DNA of 64,000 bases from Macrostomum lignano (Eukaryota). A model generated the notes under the pieces. It saw only the letters and a list, made by a program, of their open reading frames with translations, searched no databases and had not been told where the DNA came from. Position 1 is the first letter of the stretch, and each line of letters starts with the position of its first letter. The stretch covers positions 102,673 through 166,672 of the forward strand of contig NIVC01002504.1 in assembly GCA_002269645.1 (NCBI GenBank), given 5' to 3'. Of the stretch, positions 38,312 to 49,885 are shown one piece after another. The position numbers and the translations under genes were made by a program.

Positions 38312-40070
38312 TTATTTCGGCACATCTCCAATTGATTTCGGCAGGCACTGCGTGCTCACATAATCAAACTGACATCTCACTCGCACGCAAGCAAGAATTA
38401 AACGTTTTGTGTTTGCAATAGATCTGCCAAAATCTATCGCAGTTTTGACGAATTTTATTGCAGTATCGTCCATGGATGGACCTTGCCAAAGACTATATGC
38501 TGCACCACATAGCTCTTCCCCAATATAATGCGAGCATCTGTGGAAATCAACTGCAGTTGCAGCCATGGTCCGAGTAACGGCAGACCGCCGGCGAAGGCCA
38601 GCTAATACTTCTATTGCTTCGAGAAAGGCCTCCAGGCATGGCAGGTGCTGCAGATTAAATACGATAAAGACCAATATGAATGAGACTATTGCTTCTGAGT
38701 TAGACTCAAATCGCAGCTCGCCGCCGTTGACAGAAACGCCGCACCACAAACTGCCATCTCGTACAATGCTAACGGGCAGCTCCGAGGAAAATATCTTGGC
38801 TGGCTCGCACTTCATTCGGCCCAGGAGTATGCAGACCGCATGTGCCAGCTTTTGCTCTTCATCCTCCACAGCTCCAACGAATGGCTTGCAGTGCTGGAAG
38901 CGCTGCATAGTGGATCGCTTGTCCCAGACACGAAGCAGAGCAGTGCGGATGTTCACTGCTAGGTCTTTTGGCGAACCTGAAAGAACGTAGTCAGCCTTCC
39001 GTTTGCTGTTGTAAAGCTCGATCATTAGGTAGGCCTCTTGAAGTAGGACAGGAGCAAGGCAGAGCGGCCTATATAACTCCAGCTCATCCTCCACAGTCAG
39101 CTCCTGACAGCGCAACGCTCTATCGAGGAAGAGCTCCCTCATAGCATCGCACACGTCTTCAATCTGCATATTGTCAAAAGTCTCGTTAAGACGGATGCGT
39201 GCTGCTTCGTGCTGGGACAAATCGCCAGGCTCGCCAAGGTAAATGCTCTTTGCGGTGCTGCTGGCCCCGACACTAGGGGCGTCATCGAGATGATGTCGCT
39301 TCGCCACCGGCTGATCGTTGTCACTTTCCTCTTCGCTGTCGTCAGCATTGCTATCTTCCCCGTCTCTCGCCTCCTTGCTGCTATCAGCTGTGCGGTTCTT
39401 GGATGCTGGGTATCAATCTCAGTCGCCTTGCGTTTGCGCCCATGCTTCCGACGAATCTCCAGGACGTAGGGGCTGCTGCACTCCGGCAGAATTTTGCTCC
39501 GCATCTCCTTCAAACGGCGACGGATTTCCATTCTCCAAAACATGCACCCGTCCTCTGTGTCGTCGCGCAAACCAGGAAAGGATGCGATGATAGCAAGGCA
39601 AATGCCGTGAATCTGGGCACCTTTAAGGTACGGGTCGTCGACCGTTTTGTATTTGTCAAAAACGTCGTTCATGATGTGCTTCAAAATCGGTTGACAAAAG
39701 GCGCCTACAATTTGTAGTCTGATCCTCGCTTCGGATTGCGCCGGAGGTCCTGCAGAGAGGCTTCCAGCCCTGGCATTGATGGCAGCACATAGACCAGAGG
39801 CCAGTCCAGTGCAGATGCCGTCGCACCGCTCGATGCCGCCGCCCCACTGCTCGATGCCGCTGCACCATCACTCGGTGCTGACGCCAAATTGTCCACGAGA
39901 AGGAATTCATCCGGTAGAAGAAAAACTAGGTCGTCGCCACGGTTGCTCAAGTCTGGAAGAAATTCGTCATCGTCGACCTCAAATCGAAGTAACGATTCGA
40001 ATTCCATCGACCAACTCGATGCCCAACTTAGTGCAACCCTGCAGCAGCAAGGCCTCCACCGTTGAAGCAT
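38312..40070 (-). pseudogene. SAMD3-like transposon accessory protein, frameshifted across 39705..40070, 39139..39684 and 38312..39307
   Basis: FEVDDDEFLPDL; CLAIIASFPGLRDDTEDGCMFWRMEIRRRLKEMR; FCHPVLLQEAY-like LCLAPVLLQEAYL; AIVSFILVFIVFNLQHLPCLEAFLEAIE. This is the pattern of the SAMD3-like ORFs common in animal EnSpm-type elements. No SAM domain itself was seen. Confidence 0.65.
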
Positions 40071-40865
40071 TCAACAGCTTCTTCAGCGTCCTATCGCGGT
40101 TCGTGATTCGCAACTGAAATGAAAAAGAAAACACCTCTAGTGCTCGAATAACACACACAACCAGAGAGACGGACAGATAGACAGATGGCGAGAGATAGAT
40201 AGATAAAGAGAGATGGAGACTGGAAAAAGAACAGAAAGCAAAGATGAGATGTGAGAACATTGAAATGTAAAGTGCATTTAGTAAAGTGTAATAACTCGCT
40301 TTACTGCCCGGGATAGAACTAGGTGGACTGCTATTGGCCGGGGCGGTCTTAGCGGTTATACTTATGGGGACTGAGACTGGGGAGAAATCTAAAATTAAGG
40401 GTAGTGCTGCCACCAGCGTGGGAACCGTAGGATCCGCAATGAAGGGGTCTGTTTGGGCTCCACGCAAATAAATAACGCTAGAACAACTAGTCTCAGATAT
40501 TTCAATGTCCAAGTGACAGGACTCAATGGTAGCAAATGGCCTGAGCGGCGCAGTCCTGGCACTGACAAATGTCCGCGCTTGAGCGTGTCTGAGTTTAGCT
40601 CTCAGAGGACCCCTAACTCCCACTAACCTAATAGCTACGTCTCGCGCAGATGGGCGGCGAGGAAATAGGTCTATGCGCCTGAAGCAGCAATAGACTCTAG
40701 GCCTATAAACTAACAACTATTCTTAGAATCGCGCACGAGTGCTGCGACTGCACACTCACTCACTCTTATTCGCGCCTGTGTCGCGAATAGACACTAGCAG
40801 AATGGCTTCAGCTAACTGATTTCCTGCCAATAGGGTAGGCTGGAAAACCAGAGCTATAGCACTAG

Positions 40866-40995
40866 CAATGCTCTACCAAGACCTGCTCAGGAGCGTGCTT
40901 TCTGCTTGAGCGCTGCAATGCTCTACCAAGACCTGCTCAGGAGCTTGCAGCTGCTTAGCGATGCTTATAGCTCTACCAAGACCTGCTCAGGAGCT
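40866..40995. repeat. Three tandem copies of GCTCTACCAAGACCTGCTCAGGAGC with short variable linkers
   Basis: Direct. Confidence 0.85.
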
Positions 40996-41812
40996 TTGCT
41001 TCGCTGTTAACCGGCGCTAGAGCGCTAGACTTGGAGAAAGCTCTCGACAAGTCCTCACGAGGCGGTTCTGAGGAAAAATCAGACAAGCGGGCCTGCATTC
41101 GTTAATATAGAACGCGGAGGGTGGAGCGTTTGGGCATTCCGTGGCTTGACCATGGAACTGCAGCCCGAAAAGTGCGGATAATGATGCACAACAGATATTG
41201 ATTAAACATGGGGGAGAAAGTAGCTTGTACGAAGCGCCGACAGTCGCCTCAAGCCACTAGTGACAATAGCATGCCAAATTTGGGCTTGTGCGCACAAGGC
41301 AGCACGTGAGGGAGGGTTCAGCTCCAGAGCATATTCCCAGGCTAGCCAGACAATCCACTACACAAAAAATACGTGGCTAGCAGGTGGCAGACAGTGGGTC
41401 CACCTTGGCTAGATTGCGTCAGAGCATAGCGGCAGCCAGGCAATCCTACACAAAAAATGGCTCCACCTTGGCTAGGCTCCACCGTAGAGCCCATATTCCC
41501 AGGCCGCCAACATGAGGCAGCAGTTTCCACGCTAAAAATGCTTGTTGACGGGCCCAGCCAGCGGCTGTGGAAAAGCAGACGCCAGATTGACTCGTATTGG
41601 TTGGCAAGATACATGGCACTAAAAAAAAAAAAAAATTTTTGACGCCATCGCGTGAGATCTAAATGCATTGACCTTGTCAGGGCAAAAGACGCCCAAAGAA
41701 ATTGCTCCGGTATATTAAAATCGGCGCCCCAAAAAGTAGGCAAGCTGTATATGCTGCAATAGCGGCGAGAACTTGATCCTGCCCAATTTGGTTGCCAAGG
41801 GCGCAATGAGCG

Positions 41813-44800
41813 CCGCGCCAATTTGAGCTTTAGGCTACTTTGAGCTTTCCAGGGCTAGTTTGAGCTTAGGGCTGGTTTGGGCTTCTTGAGTTGATTTGAA
41901 ATTGGGCCCATTTGATCCTCGCCAAATTTAGCTTGGCGCCAATTCGAGCTTTCCCGCGCCAAAGCGCTGAGTTTAGCTTTCCAGGGCAGTTTGAGCTTCC
42001 TAGGGCTGGTTTGGGCCTTCTTGAGTTGATTTGGGGTTCCTGGCGCCAATTTGGGGATCCTGGCGCCAAATTTAGCTTCCGGCGCCAATTCGAGCTTTCC
42101 CGCGCCAATTTGAGCTTTCCAGCGCTATTTTGAGCTTTCCAGGGCTAGTTTGGGTCCTCTCGCGCTGATTTCAGCATTTCAGCGCTGATTCGGCGATCCT
42201 GGCGCCAATTTGGGGATCCTGGCGCCAAATTTAGCTTCCGGCGCCAATTCGAGCTTTCCCGCGCCAATTTGAGCTTTCCAGCGCTAGTTTGAGCTTTCCA
42301 GGGCTAGTTTGAGCTTCCTAGGGCTGGTTTGGGCTTCTTGAGTTGATTTGGGGTTCCTGGCGCCAATTTGGGGATCCTGGCGCCAAATTTAGCTTCCGGC
42401 GCCAATTCGAGCTTTCCCGCGCCAATTTGAGCTTTCCAGCGCTATTTGAGCTTTCCAGGGCTAGTTTGGGTCCTCTCGCGCTGATTTCAGCATTTCAGCG
42501 CTGATTCGGCGATCCTGGCGCCAATTTGGGGATCCTGGCGCCAAATTTAGCTTTCCCGGCGCCAATTCGAGCTTTCCCGCGCCAATTTGAGCTTTCCAGC
42601 GCTATTTGAGCTTTCCAGGGCTAGTTTGAGCTTCCTAGGGCTGGTTTGGGCTTTCTTGAGTGATTTGGGATTCCTGGCGCCAATTTGGGGATCCTGGCGC
42701 CAAATTTAGCTTCCGGCGCCAATTCGAGCTTTCCCGCGCCAATTTGAGCTTTCCAGCGCTAGTTTGAGCTTTCCAGGGCTAGTTTGAGCTTCCTAGGGCT
42801 GGTTTGGGCCTTCTTGAGTTGATTTGGGGTTCCTGGCGCCAATTTGGGGATCCTGGCGCCAAATTTAGCTTCCGGCGCCAATTCGAGCTTTCCCGCGCCA
42901 ATTTGAGCTTTCCAGCGCTAGTTTGAGCTTTCCAGGGCTAGTTTGAGCTTCCTAGGGCTGGTTTGGGCCTTCTTGAGTTGATTTGGGGTTCCTGGCGCCA
43001 ATTTGGGGATCCTGGCGCCAAATTTAGCTTCCGGCGCCAATTCGAGCTTTCCCGCGCCAATTTGAGCTTTCCAGCGCTAGTTTGAGCTTTCCAGGGCTAG
43101 TTTGGGTCCTCTCGCGCTGATTTCAGCATTTCAGCGCTGATTCGGCGATCCTGGCGCCAATTTGGGGATCCTGGCGCCAAATTTAGCTTCCGGCGCCAAT
43201 TCGAGCTTTCCCGCGCCAATTTGAGCTTTCCAGCGCTACTTTGAGCTTTCCAGGGCTAGTTTGAGCTTCCTAGGGCTGGTTTGGGCTTCTTGAGTTGATT
43301 TGGGGTTCCTGGCGCCAATTTGGGGATCCTGGCGCCAAATTTAGCTTCCGGCGCCAATTCGAGCTTTCCCGCGCCAATTTGAGCTTTCCAGCGCTAGTTT
43401 GAGCTTTCCAGGGCTAGTTTGAGCTTCCTAGGGCTGGTTTGGGCCTTCTTGAGTTGATTTGGGGTTCCTGGCGCCAATTTGGGGATCCTGGCGCCAAATT
43501 TAGCTTCCGGCGCCAATTCGAGCTTTCCCGCGCCAATTTGAGCTTTCCAGCGCTAGTTTGAGCTTTCCAGGGCTAGTTTGAGCTTCCTAGGGCTGGTTTG
43601 GGCCTTCTTGAGTTGATTTGGGGTTCCTGGCGCCAATTTGGGGATCCTGGCGCCAAATTTAGCTTCCGGCGCCAATTCGAGCTTTCCCGCGCCAATTTGA
43701 GCTTTCCAGCGCTAGTTTGAGCTTTCCAGGGCTAGTTTGGGTCCTCTCGCGCTGATTTCAGCATTTCAGCGCTGATTCGGCGATCCTGGCGCCAATTTGG
43801 GGATCCTGGCGCCAAATTTAGCTTCCGGCGCCAATTCGAGCTTTCCCGCGCCAATTTGAGCTTTCCAGCGCTATTTGAGCTTTCCAGGGCTAGTTTGAGC
43901 TTCCTAGGGCTGGTTTGGGCCTTCTTGAGTTGATTTGGGGTTCCTGGCGCCAATTTGGGGATCCTGGCGCCAAATTTAGCTTCCGGCGCCAATTCGAGCT
44001 TTCCCGCGCCAATTTGAGCTTTCCAGGGCTAGTTTGGGTCCTTCCGCGCTGATTTCAGCTTTCAGCGCTGATTCGGCGATCCTGGCGCCAATTTGGGGAT
44101 CCTGGCGCCAAATTTAGCTTCCGGCGCCAATTCGAGCTTTCCCGCGCCAATTTGAGCTTTCCAGCGCTAGTTTGAGCTTTCCAGGGCTAGTTTGAGCTTC
44201 CTAGGGCTGGTTTGGGCCTTCTTGAGTTGATTTGGGGTTCCTGGCGCCAATTTGGGGATCCTGGCGCCAAATTTAGCTTCCGGCGCCAATTCGAGCTTTC
44301 CCGCGCCAATTTGAGCTTTCCAGCGCTAGTTTGAGCTTTCCAGGGCTAGTTTGAGCTTCCTAGGGCTGGTTTGGGCCTTCTTGAGTTGATTTGGGGTTCC
44401 TGGCGCCAATTTGGGGATCCTGGCGCCAAATTTAGCTTCCGGCGCCAATTCGAGCTTTCCCGCGCCAATTTGAGCTTTCCAGCGCTATTTGAGCTTTCCA
44501 GGGCTAGTTTGGGTCTCTCGCGCTGGTTTCAGCATTTCAGCGCTGATTCGGGATCCTGGCGCCAATTTGGGGATCCTGGCGCCAAATTTAGCTTCCGGCG
44601 CCAATTCGAGCTTTCCCGCGCCAATTTGAGCTTTCCAGCGCTAGTTTGAGCTTTCCAGGGCTAGTTTGAGCTTCCTAGGGCTGGTTTGGGCCTTCTTGAG
44701 TTGATTTGGGGTTCCTGGCGCCAATTTGGGGATCCTGGCGCCAAATTTAGCTTCCGGCGCCAATTCGAGCTTTCCCGCGCCAATTTGAGCTTTCCAGCGC

Positions 44801-47800
44801 TAGTTTGAGCTTTCCAGGGCTAGTTTGAGCTTCCTAGGGCTGGTTTGGGCCTTTCTTGAGTTGATTTGGGGTTCCTGGCGCCAATTTGGGGATCCTGGCG
44901 CCAAATTTAGCTTCCGGCGCCAATTCGAGCTTTCCCGCGCCAATTTGAGCTTTCCAGCGCTAGTTTGAGCTTTCCAGGGCTAGTTTGAGCTTCCTAGGGC
45001 TGGTTTGGGCCTTCTTGAGTTGATTTGGGGTTCCTGGCGCCAATTTGGGGATCCTGGCGCCAAATTTAGCTTCCGGCGCCAATTCGAGCTTTCCCGCGCC
45101 AATTTGAGCTTTCCAGCGCTAGTTTGAGCTTTCCAGGGCTAGTTTGAGCTTCCTAGGGCTGGTTTGGGCCTTCTTGAGTTGATTTGGGTTCCTGGCGCCA
45201 ATTTGGGGATCCTGGCGCCAAATTTAGCTTCCGGCGCCAATTCGAGCTTTCCCGCGCCAATTTGAGCTTTCCAGCGCTAGTTTGAGCTTTCCAGGGCTAG
45301 TTTGAGCTTCCTAGGGCTGGTTTGGGCCTTCTTGAGTTGATTTGGGGTTCCTGGCGCCAATTTGGGGATCCTGGCGCCAAATTTAGCTTCCGGCGCCAAT
45401 TCGAGCTTTCCCGCGCCAATTTGAGCTTTCCAGCGCTATTTGAGCTTTCCAGGGCTAGTTTGGGTCCTCTCGCGCTGATTTCAGCATTTCAGCGCTGATT
45501 CGGCGATCCTGGCGCCAATTTGGGGATCCTGGCGCCAAATTTAGCTTCCGGCGCCAATTCGAGCTTTCCCGCGCCAATTTGAGCTTTCCAGCGCTACTTT
45601 GAGCTTTCCAGGGCTAGTTTGAGCTTCCTAGGGCTGGTTTGGGCCTTATTGAGTTGATTTGGGGTTCCTGGCGCCAATTTGGGGATCCTGGCGCCAAATT
45701 TAGCTTCCGGCGCCAATTCGAGCTTTCCCGCGCCAATTTGAGCTTTCCAGGGCTAGTTTGGGTCCTCTCGCGCTGATTTCAGCATTTCAGCGCTGATTCG
45801 GCGATCCTGGCGCCAATTTGGGGATCCTGGCGCCAAATTTAGCTTCCGGCGCCAATTCGAGCTTTCCCGCGCCAATTTGAGCTTTCCAGCGCTAGTTTGA
45901 GCTTTCCAGGGCTAGTTTGAGCTTCCTAGGGCTGGTTTGGGCCTTCTTGAGTTGATTTGGGGTTCCTGGCGCCAATTTGGGGATCCTGGCGCCAAATTTA
46001 GCTTCCGGCGCCAATTCGAGCTTTCCCGCGCCAATTTGAGCTTTCCAGCGCTAGTTTGAGCTTTCCAGGGCTAGTTTGAGCTTCCTAGGGCTGGTTTGGG
46101 CCTTCTTGAGTTGATTTGGGGTTCCTGGCGCCAATTTGGGGATCCTGGCGCCAAATTTAGCTTCCGGCGCCAATTCGAGCTTTCCCGCGCCAATTTGAGC
46201 TTTCCAGCGCTAGTTTGAGCTTTCCAGGGCTAGTTTGGGTCCTCTGCGATTTTCAGCATTTCAGTTGATTCGGCGGTCCTGGCGCCAATTTGGGGATCCT
46301 GGCGCCAAATTTAGCTTCCGGCGCCAATTCGAGCTTTCCCGCGCCAATTTGAGCTTTCCAGCGCTATTTGAGCTTTCCAGGGCTAGTTTGAGCTTCCTAG
46401 GGCTGGTTTGGGCCTTCTTGAGTTGATTTGGGGTTCCTGGCGCCAATTTGGGGATCCTGGCGCCAAATTTAGCTTCCGGCGCCAATTCGAGCTTTCCCGC
46501 GCCAATTTGAGCTTTCCAGCGCTAGTTTGAGCTTTCCAGGGCTAGTTTAGCTTCCTAGGGCTGGTTTGGGCCTTCTTGAGTTGATTTGGGGTTCCTGGCG
46601 CCAATTTGGGGATCCTGGCGCCAAATTTAGCTTCCGGCGCCAATTCGAGCTTTCCCGCGCCAATTTGAGCTTTCCAGCGCTAGTTTGAGCTTTCCAGGGC
46701 TAGTTTGCTTCCTAGGGCTGGTTTGGGCCTTCTTGAGTTGATTTGGGGTTCCTGGCGCCAATTTGGGGATCCTGGCGCCAAATTTAGCTTCCGGCGCCAA
46801 TTCGAGCTTTCCCGCGCCAATTTGAGCTTTCCAGCGCTAGTTTGAGCTTTCCAGGGCTAGTTTGGGTCCTCTCGCGCTGATTTCAGCATTTCAGCGCTGA
46901 TTCGGCGATCCTGGCGCCAATTTGGGGATCCTGGCGCCAAATTTAGCTTCCGGCGCCAATTCGAGCTTTCCCGCGCCAATTTGAGCTTTCCAGCGCTATT
47001 TGAGCTTTCCAGGGCTAGTTTGGGTCTCTCGCGCTGATTTCAGCATTTCAGCGCTGATTCGGCGATCCTGGCGCCAATTTGGGGATCCTGGCGCCAAATT
47101 TAGCTTCGGCGCCAATTCGAGCTTTCCCGCGCCAATTTGAGCTTTCCAGCGCTAGTTTGAGCTTTCCAGGGCTAGTTTGAGCTTCCTAGGGCTGGTTTGG
47201 GCTTTCTTGAGTTGATTTGGGGTTCCTGGCGCCAATTTGGGGATCCTGGCGCCAAATTTAGCTTCCGGCGCCAATTCGAGCTTTCCCGCGCCAATTTGAG
47301 CTTTCCAGCGCTAGTTTGAGCTTTCCAGGGCTAGTTTGAGCTTCCTAGGGCTGGTTTGGGCCTTATTGAGTTGATTTGGGGTTCCTGGCGCCAATTTGGG
47401 GATCCTGGCGCCAAATTTAGCTTCCGGCGCCAATTCGAGCTTTCCCGCGCCAATTTGAGCTTTCCAGCGCTAGTTTGAGCTTTCCAGGGCTAGTTTGAGC
47501 TTCCTAGGGCTGGTTTGGGCCTTCTTGAGTTGATTTGGGGTTCCTGGCGCCAATTTGGGGATCCTGGCGCCAAATTTAGCTTCCGGCGCCAATTCGAGCT
47601 TTCCCGCGCCAATTTGAGCTTTCCAGCGCTAGTTTGAGCTTTCCAGGGCTAGTTTGAGCTTCCTAGGGCTGGTTTGGGCCTTCTTGAGTTGATTTGGGGT
47701 TCCTGGCGCCAATTTGGGGATCCTGGCGCCAAATTTAGCTTCCGGCGCCAATTCGAGCTTTCCCGCGCCAATTTGAGCTTTCCAGCGCTAGTTTGAGCTT

Positions 47801-49885
47801 TCCAGGGCTAGTTTGGGTCTTCGCGCTGGTTTCAGCATTTCAGTTGATTTGGGATCCTGGCGCCAATTTGGGGATCCTGGCGCCAAATTTAGCTTCCGGC
47901 GCCAATTCGAGCTTTCCCGCGCCAATTTGAGCTTTCCAGCGCTAGTTTGAGCTTTCCAGGGCTAGTTTGAGCTTCCTAGGGCTGGTTTGGGCCTTCTTGA
48001 GTTGATTTGGGGTTCCTGGCGCCAATTTGGGGATCCTGGCGCCAAATTTAGCTTCCGGCGCCAAATTTGAGCTTTCCAGCGCTAGTTTGAGCTGATCCTG
48101 GCGCCAATTTGGGGATCCTGGCGCCAAATTTAGCTTCCGGCGCCAATTCGAGCTTTCCCGCGCCAATTTGAGCTTTCCAGCGCTATTTTGAGCTTTCCAG
48201 GGCTAGTTTGGGTCCTCTCGCGCTGATTTCAGCATTTCAGCGCTGATTCGGCGATCCTGGCGCCAATTTGGGGATCCTGGCGCCAAATTTAGCTTCGGCG
48301 CCAATTCGAGCTTTCCCGCGCCAATTTGAGCTTTCCAGCGCTACTTTGAGCTTTCCAGGGCTAGTTTGAGCTTCCTAGGGCTGGTTTGGGCTTCTTGAGT
48401 TGATTTGGGGTTCCTGGCGCCAATTTGGGGATCCTGGCGCCAAATTTAGCTTCCGGCGCCAATTCGAGCTTTCCCGCGCCAATTTGAGCTTTCCAGCGCT
48501 AGTTTGAGCTTTCCAGGGCTAGTTTGAGCTTCCTAGGGCTGGTTTGGGCCTTCTTGAGTTGATTTGGGGTTCCTGGCGCCAATTTGGGGATCCTGGCGCC
48601 AAATTTAGCTTCCGGCGCCAATTCGAGCTTTCCCGCGCCAATTTGAGCTTTCCAGCGCTAGTTTGAGCTTTCCAGGGCTAGTTTGAGCTTCCTAGGGCTG
48701 GTTTGGGCCTTCTTGAGTTGATTTGGGTTCCTGGCGCCAATTTGGGGATCCTGGCGCCAAATTTAGCTTCCGGCGCCAATTCGAGCTTTCCCGCGCCAAT
48801 TTGAGCTTTCCAGCGCTAGTTTGAGCTTTCCAGGGCTAGTTTGGCTCCTAGGGCTGGTTTGCCTTCAGTTGATTTGGGGTCCTGGCGCCAATTTGGGGAT
48901 CCTGGCGCCAAATTTAGCTTCCGGCGCCAATTCGAGCTTTCCCGCGCCAATTTGAGCTTTCCAGCGCTAGTTTGAGCTTTCCAGGGCTAGTTTGAGCTTC
49001 CTAGGGCTGGTTTGGGCTTTTGAGTTGATTTGGGGTTCCTGGCGCCAATTTGGGGATCCTGGCGCCAAATTTAGCTTCCGGCGCCAATTCGAGCTTTCCC
49101 GCGCCAATTTGAGCTTTCCAGCGCTAGTTTGAGCTTTCCAGGGCTAGTTTGAGCTTCCTAGGGCTGGTTTGGGCCTTCTTGAGTTGATTTGGGTTCCTGG
49201 CGCCAATTTGGGGATCCTGGCGCCAAATTTAGCTTCCGGCGCCAATTCGAGCTTTCCCGCGCCAATTTGAGCTTTCCAGCGCTAGTTTGAGCTTTCCAGG
49301 GCTAGTTTGGCTCCTCTGGATTTGCCTTCAGCGCTGATTTGGGGTCCTGGCGCCAATTTGGGGATCCTGGCGCCAAATTTAGCTTCCGGCGCCAATTCGA
49401 GCTTTCCCGCGCCAATTTGAGCTTTCCAGCGCTAGTTTGAGCTTTCCAGGGCTAGTTTGGGTCCTCTCGCGCTGATTTCAGCATTTCAGCGCTGATTCGG
49501 CGTCCTGGCGCCAATTTGGGGATCCTGGCGCCAAATTTAGCTTCCGGCGCCAATTCGAGCTTTCCCGCGCCAATTTGAGCTTTCCAGCGCTATTTGAGCT
49601 TTCCAGGGCTAGTTTGAGCTTCCTAGGGCTGGTTTGGGCCTTCTTGAGTTGATTTGGCTTTCCAGGTTCTTTCTAGTTTGAGCTTCCTAGGGCTGGTTTG
49701 GGCTTCTTGAGTTGATTTGGGGTTCCTGGCGCCAATTTGGGGATCCTGGCGCCAAATTTAGCTTCCGGCGCCAATTCGAGCTTTCCCGCGCCAATTTGAG
49801 CTTTCCAGCGCTAGTTTGAGCTTTCCAGGGCTAGTTTGAGCTTCCTAGGGCTGGTTTGGGCCTTCTTGAGTTGATTTGGGGTTCC
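41813..49885. repeat. 159-bp satellite (about 52 units; 8 subunits of about 20 bp) with two alternative 49-bp tails
   Basis: A 110-bp core TCCTGGCGCCAATTTGGGGATCCTGGCGCC...TCCAGGGCTA is followed by tail A (GTTTGAGCTTCCTAGGGCTG...ATTTGGGGT) or tail B (GTTTGGGTCCTCTCGCGCTG...ATTCGGCGA). The period was checked at 42781 vs 42940. Confidence 0.97.

Noticed and set aside
39979-40716. 245-aa ORF upstream of the SAMD3-like gene
   Set aside because: TTG start, no recognisable domain, and its 3' part runs through a TC-rich intron-like tract; not supported as a gene.
41855-48166. ORFs inside the satellite (MAPEAKFGARIPK.. etc.)
   Set aside because: By-products of a 159-bp (multiple of 3) repeat, broken at random by indels.
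41813-49885. CRISPR-like repeat-spacer array
   Set aside because: The variable part has only two recurring versions rather than unique spacers, there are no cas genes, and the context is eukaryotic.
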